Notes under the pieces: generated by a model
Databases searched by the model: none
Seen by the model: the letters and a program-made list of their open reading frames with translations, nothing else
Told to the model about the DNA's origin: nothing
Origin: Candidatus Anstonellales archaeon
GTDB lineage: Archaea; Micrarchaeota; Micrarchaeia; Anstonellales; J096
Direction: 5' to 3'
Assembly: GCA_038740615.1 (NCBI GenBank)
Contig: JAVYLQ010000021.1
Coordinates: 1 to 8,809 of the forward strand
DNA: 8,809 nucleotides
Shown: positions 7,354 to 8,809 of the stretch, one piece after another
Numbering within the stretch: the stretch's first letter is position 1
Layout: each line of letters opens with the position of its first letter
Position numbers and translations under genes: made by a program

Positions 7354-7920
7354 ATTATCATCTATGATAGCATATCCTCCTAGAAAAGCTGGTTTAAGAT
7401 TGTAATGTATTCCTTCTCTACCTACCACTTCATGGATGTGTCCAAATAGATGAGCACGTATGTATTGTCTGTTTTTTTGTATAAACTCTAGAAGACTTTT
7501 ACTGCCCACATTTTTGCCATTTACTGTATCTAGTATTCCATAAGGAGGCATATGTGTAAGGAGTAATGTATCTCTTCTTAACTTTATTTTAGATAGATTC
7601 TTATGAATTTCATTCTCACTCAATTCTCCATAGGTATCGAATGGGGTTGGATTGGAAAAACCAAAACCAAAGATATCAAAGTTCTGAAATCTGATTAATC
7701 TATAGTGAAAATTTTTAGATTCCATGAGGTCTAATATAATAGGTCCATCTATATTTCCAGGAATGTAATAATCTATCATATCGTATATTTTCTCAGCTAA
7801 TCTGATATCTTGTCTATTAGATAGATCGCCTAAAAAACCTACGAAACCATCGAAATTACTGATCTTATCTATAATTTGATCAAGATTATCATGTAGATCT
7901 GTAAATATTAATACTTGCAT
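7333..7920 (-). CDS. Calcineurin-like metallophosphoesterase (Icc-related)
   Basis: TDLH, LGDL, PGNID, THMPPYG and FGHIHE motifs in canonical order. Confidence 0.9.
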   Translation of the reverse strand: MQVLIFTDLHDNLDQIIDKISNFDGFVGFLGDLSNRQDIRLAEKIYDMIDYYIPGNIDGPIILDLMESKNFHYRLIRFQNFDIFGFGFSNPTPFDTYGELSENEIHKNLSKIKLRRDTLLLTHMPPYGILDTVNGKNVGSKSLLEFIQKNRQYIRAHLFGHIHEVVGREGIHYNLKPAFLGGYAIIDDNLNIRMY

Positions 7921-8247
7921 CTAATTGAATGTACAACTAGTTGGATCAAAGGAGCCTTTACCTATCAAAGTTGCTATGATCTCTGGTATTATGAGTAGAA
8001 GTATTATTCCTAAGATTGCACCAACAAATAGATTCTGACCATATACTAGTACTCTAGCTCTAGGATCTGAAGGCAATACTTGTGATATTCCATAGCTAAT
8101 AGAAGAAATCAATATCATTATAAATGCAATACTACCTACTATATCGTATAGGAAACTACATGTTGTTGTTAGTGCACTTGCTAGATTCCCCCCTCCAGCA
8201 ATAGATAGGGCTGTTAAAAATAAAAGTGAAACAAAAGAGTGGATCAT
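7921..8247 (-). CDS. VirB2/TrbC-like pilin-type membrane protein, paralog 2
   Basis: Signal-like N-terminus plus two hydrophobic helices joined by YGISQVLPSDPRAR; clear paralog of the upstream ORF. Start moved from 8259 to 8247, 1 nt after the upstream stop, giving 108 aa. Confidence 0.65.
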   Translation of the reverse strand: MIHSFVSLLFLTALSIAGGGNLASALTTTCSFLYDIVGSIAFIMILISSISYGISQVLPSDPRARVLVYGQNLFVGAILGIILLLIIPEIIATLIGKGSFDPTSCTFN

Positions 8248-8248
8248 A

Positions 8249-8575
8249 TTAGCATACATCCAGAATGTCCCATTCAGGAACTATTGCATCTAATATGTAT
8301 GGAACAACTAGGAATAGTATTGCGGCTAGAATTATGAAAACTATCCCACTAAGTGCCCAAGATGAAGCTCTAGCCTTTAGCTCCTGTGGTAGTAATTGTC
8401 CAATACCATATATGAGTGCAGATAATACTATTCCTGCCAATAGTACCATAGGTAGAATATTTTTCATAGTTGTAATCAATTCGCATAGAACGTTGCCTAA
8501 TCTATCCTCTAACCCAGTCATTCCAGCAACACTAGATAGAACTATCACAGATAATGCAAATAAGACTCTGTTCAT
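8249..8575 (-). CDS. VirB2/TrbC-like pilin-type membrane protein, paralog 1
   Basis: 108 aa: signal-like segment ending VAG, an amphipathic helix, TM1, loop YGIGQLLPQELKARA, then TM2. Confidence 0.65.
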   Translation of the reverse strand: MNRVLFALSVIVLSSVAGMTGLEDRLGNVLCELITTMKNILPMVLLAGIVLSALIYGIGQLLPQELKARASSWALSGIVFIILAAILFLVVPYILDAIVPEWDILDVC

Positions 8576-8594
8576 GATTTTATATTTATTTGTT

Positions 8595-8606
8595 AATATT
8601 TTTAAA
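8595..8606. promoter_or_regulatory. Probable bidirectional TATA box between the pilin operon and tRNA-Val
   Basis: AATATTTTTAAA, identical to 1805-1816 upstream of tRNA-Pro, 32 nt before the tRNA and 20 nt from the pilin ATG. Confidence 0.55.
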
Positions 8607-8637
8607 TCTAATCAATAATATTAAACAATAGTGTTAT

Positions 8638-8710
8638 GGGCCCGTAGTCGAGGGGTTAAGACGCCACCCTGACATGGTGGAGATCCCAGGTTCGAATCCT
8701 GGCGGGCCCA
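8638..8710 (+). tRNA. tRNA-Val(GAC); no intron, CCA not encoded
   Basis: Acceptor stem GGGCCCG/CGGGCCC with A73; anticodon stem CCACC/GGTGG with loop CT-GAC-AT (anticodon 8671-8673); T stem CCAGG/CCTGG with TTCGAAT loop. Confidence 0.97.
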
Positions 8711-8712
8711 CT

Positions 8713-8731
8713 AATCTTTTTAAAGATTTTT
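8713..8731 (+). terminator. Oligo-T tracts after tRNA-Val, possible terminator
   Basis: AATCTTTTTAAAGATTTTT contains two T5 runs and an AATCTTT/AAAGATT inverted repeat. Confidence 0.4.
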
Positions 8732-8809
8732 ACTATATTTTATATCAATGTGATCACTCCTGTTGGAGTGAGATAGGGTAAAAGTTGTCATATTTGTGAA
8801 GTTTGATTT

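Noticed and set aside
8265..8618. 117-aa plus-strand ORF
   Set aside because: Antisense shadow of pilin paralog 1.
8720..8809. Hairpin TCACTCC-TGTT-GGAGTGA (8754-8771) and a possible 3' end of a minus-strand CDS
   Set aside because: Two minus-strand frames are open from the window edge (stops near 8720 and 8754). There is too little sequence to assign a gene, and a 7-bp stem may be chance.
1..8809. CRISPR array, IS element, rRNA, or recoded stop codons
   Set aside because: No spaced direct repeats, transposase motifs, long GC-rich structured RNA, or genes interrupted by in-frame stops were seen.

Overview
Compact, AT-rich archaeal chromosomal segment. The gene content and streamlining suggest DPANN (Micrarchaeota-like), which is an inference. 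In order, it holds: the 3' part of a membrane-anchored surface protein; a protein built from three tandem excisionase/MerR-like winged-HTH domains; a divergent rpoL; a tRNA-Pro; taw1; top6B; ftsZ2; a vapBC pair; an M42 aminopeptidase; a metallophosphoesterase; two tandem VirB2/TrbC-like pilin paralogs; and tRNA-Val(GAC). The most unusual signal is that the structurally intact tRNA-Pro has an AGG anticodon. A34 tRNAs and wobble inosine are regarded as essentially absent from Archaea, and CCT is the dominant Pro codon in the two genes counted here. Other candidates are the triple-HTH protein with an ftsZ-like strong leader, the two-cysteine pilin pair with no T4SS gene in the window, a VapC with a degenerate active site, and shared bidirectional TATA boxes.
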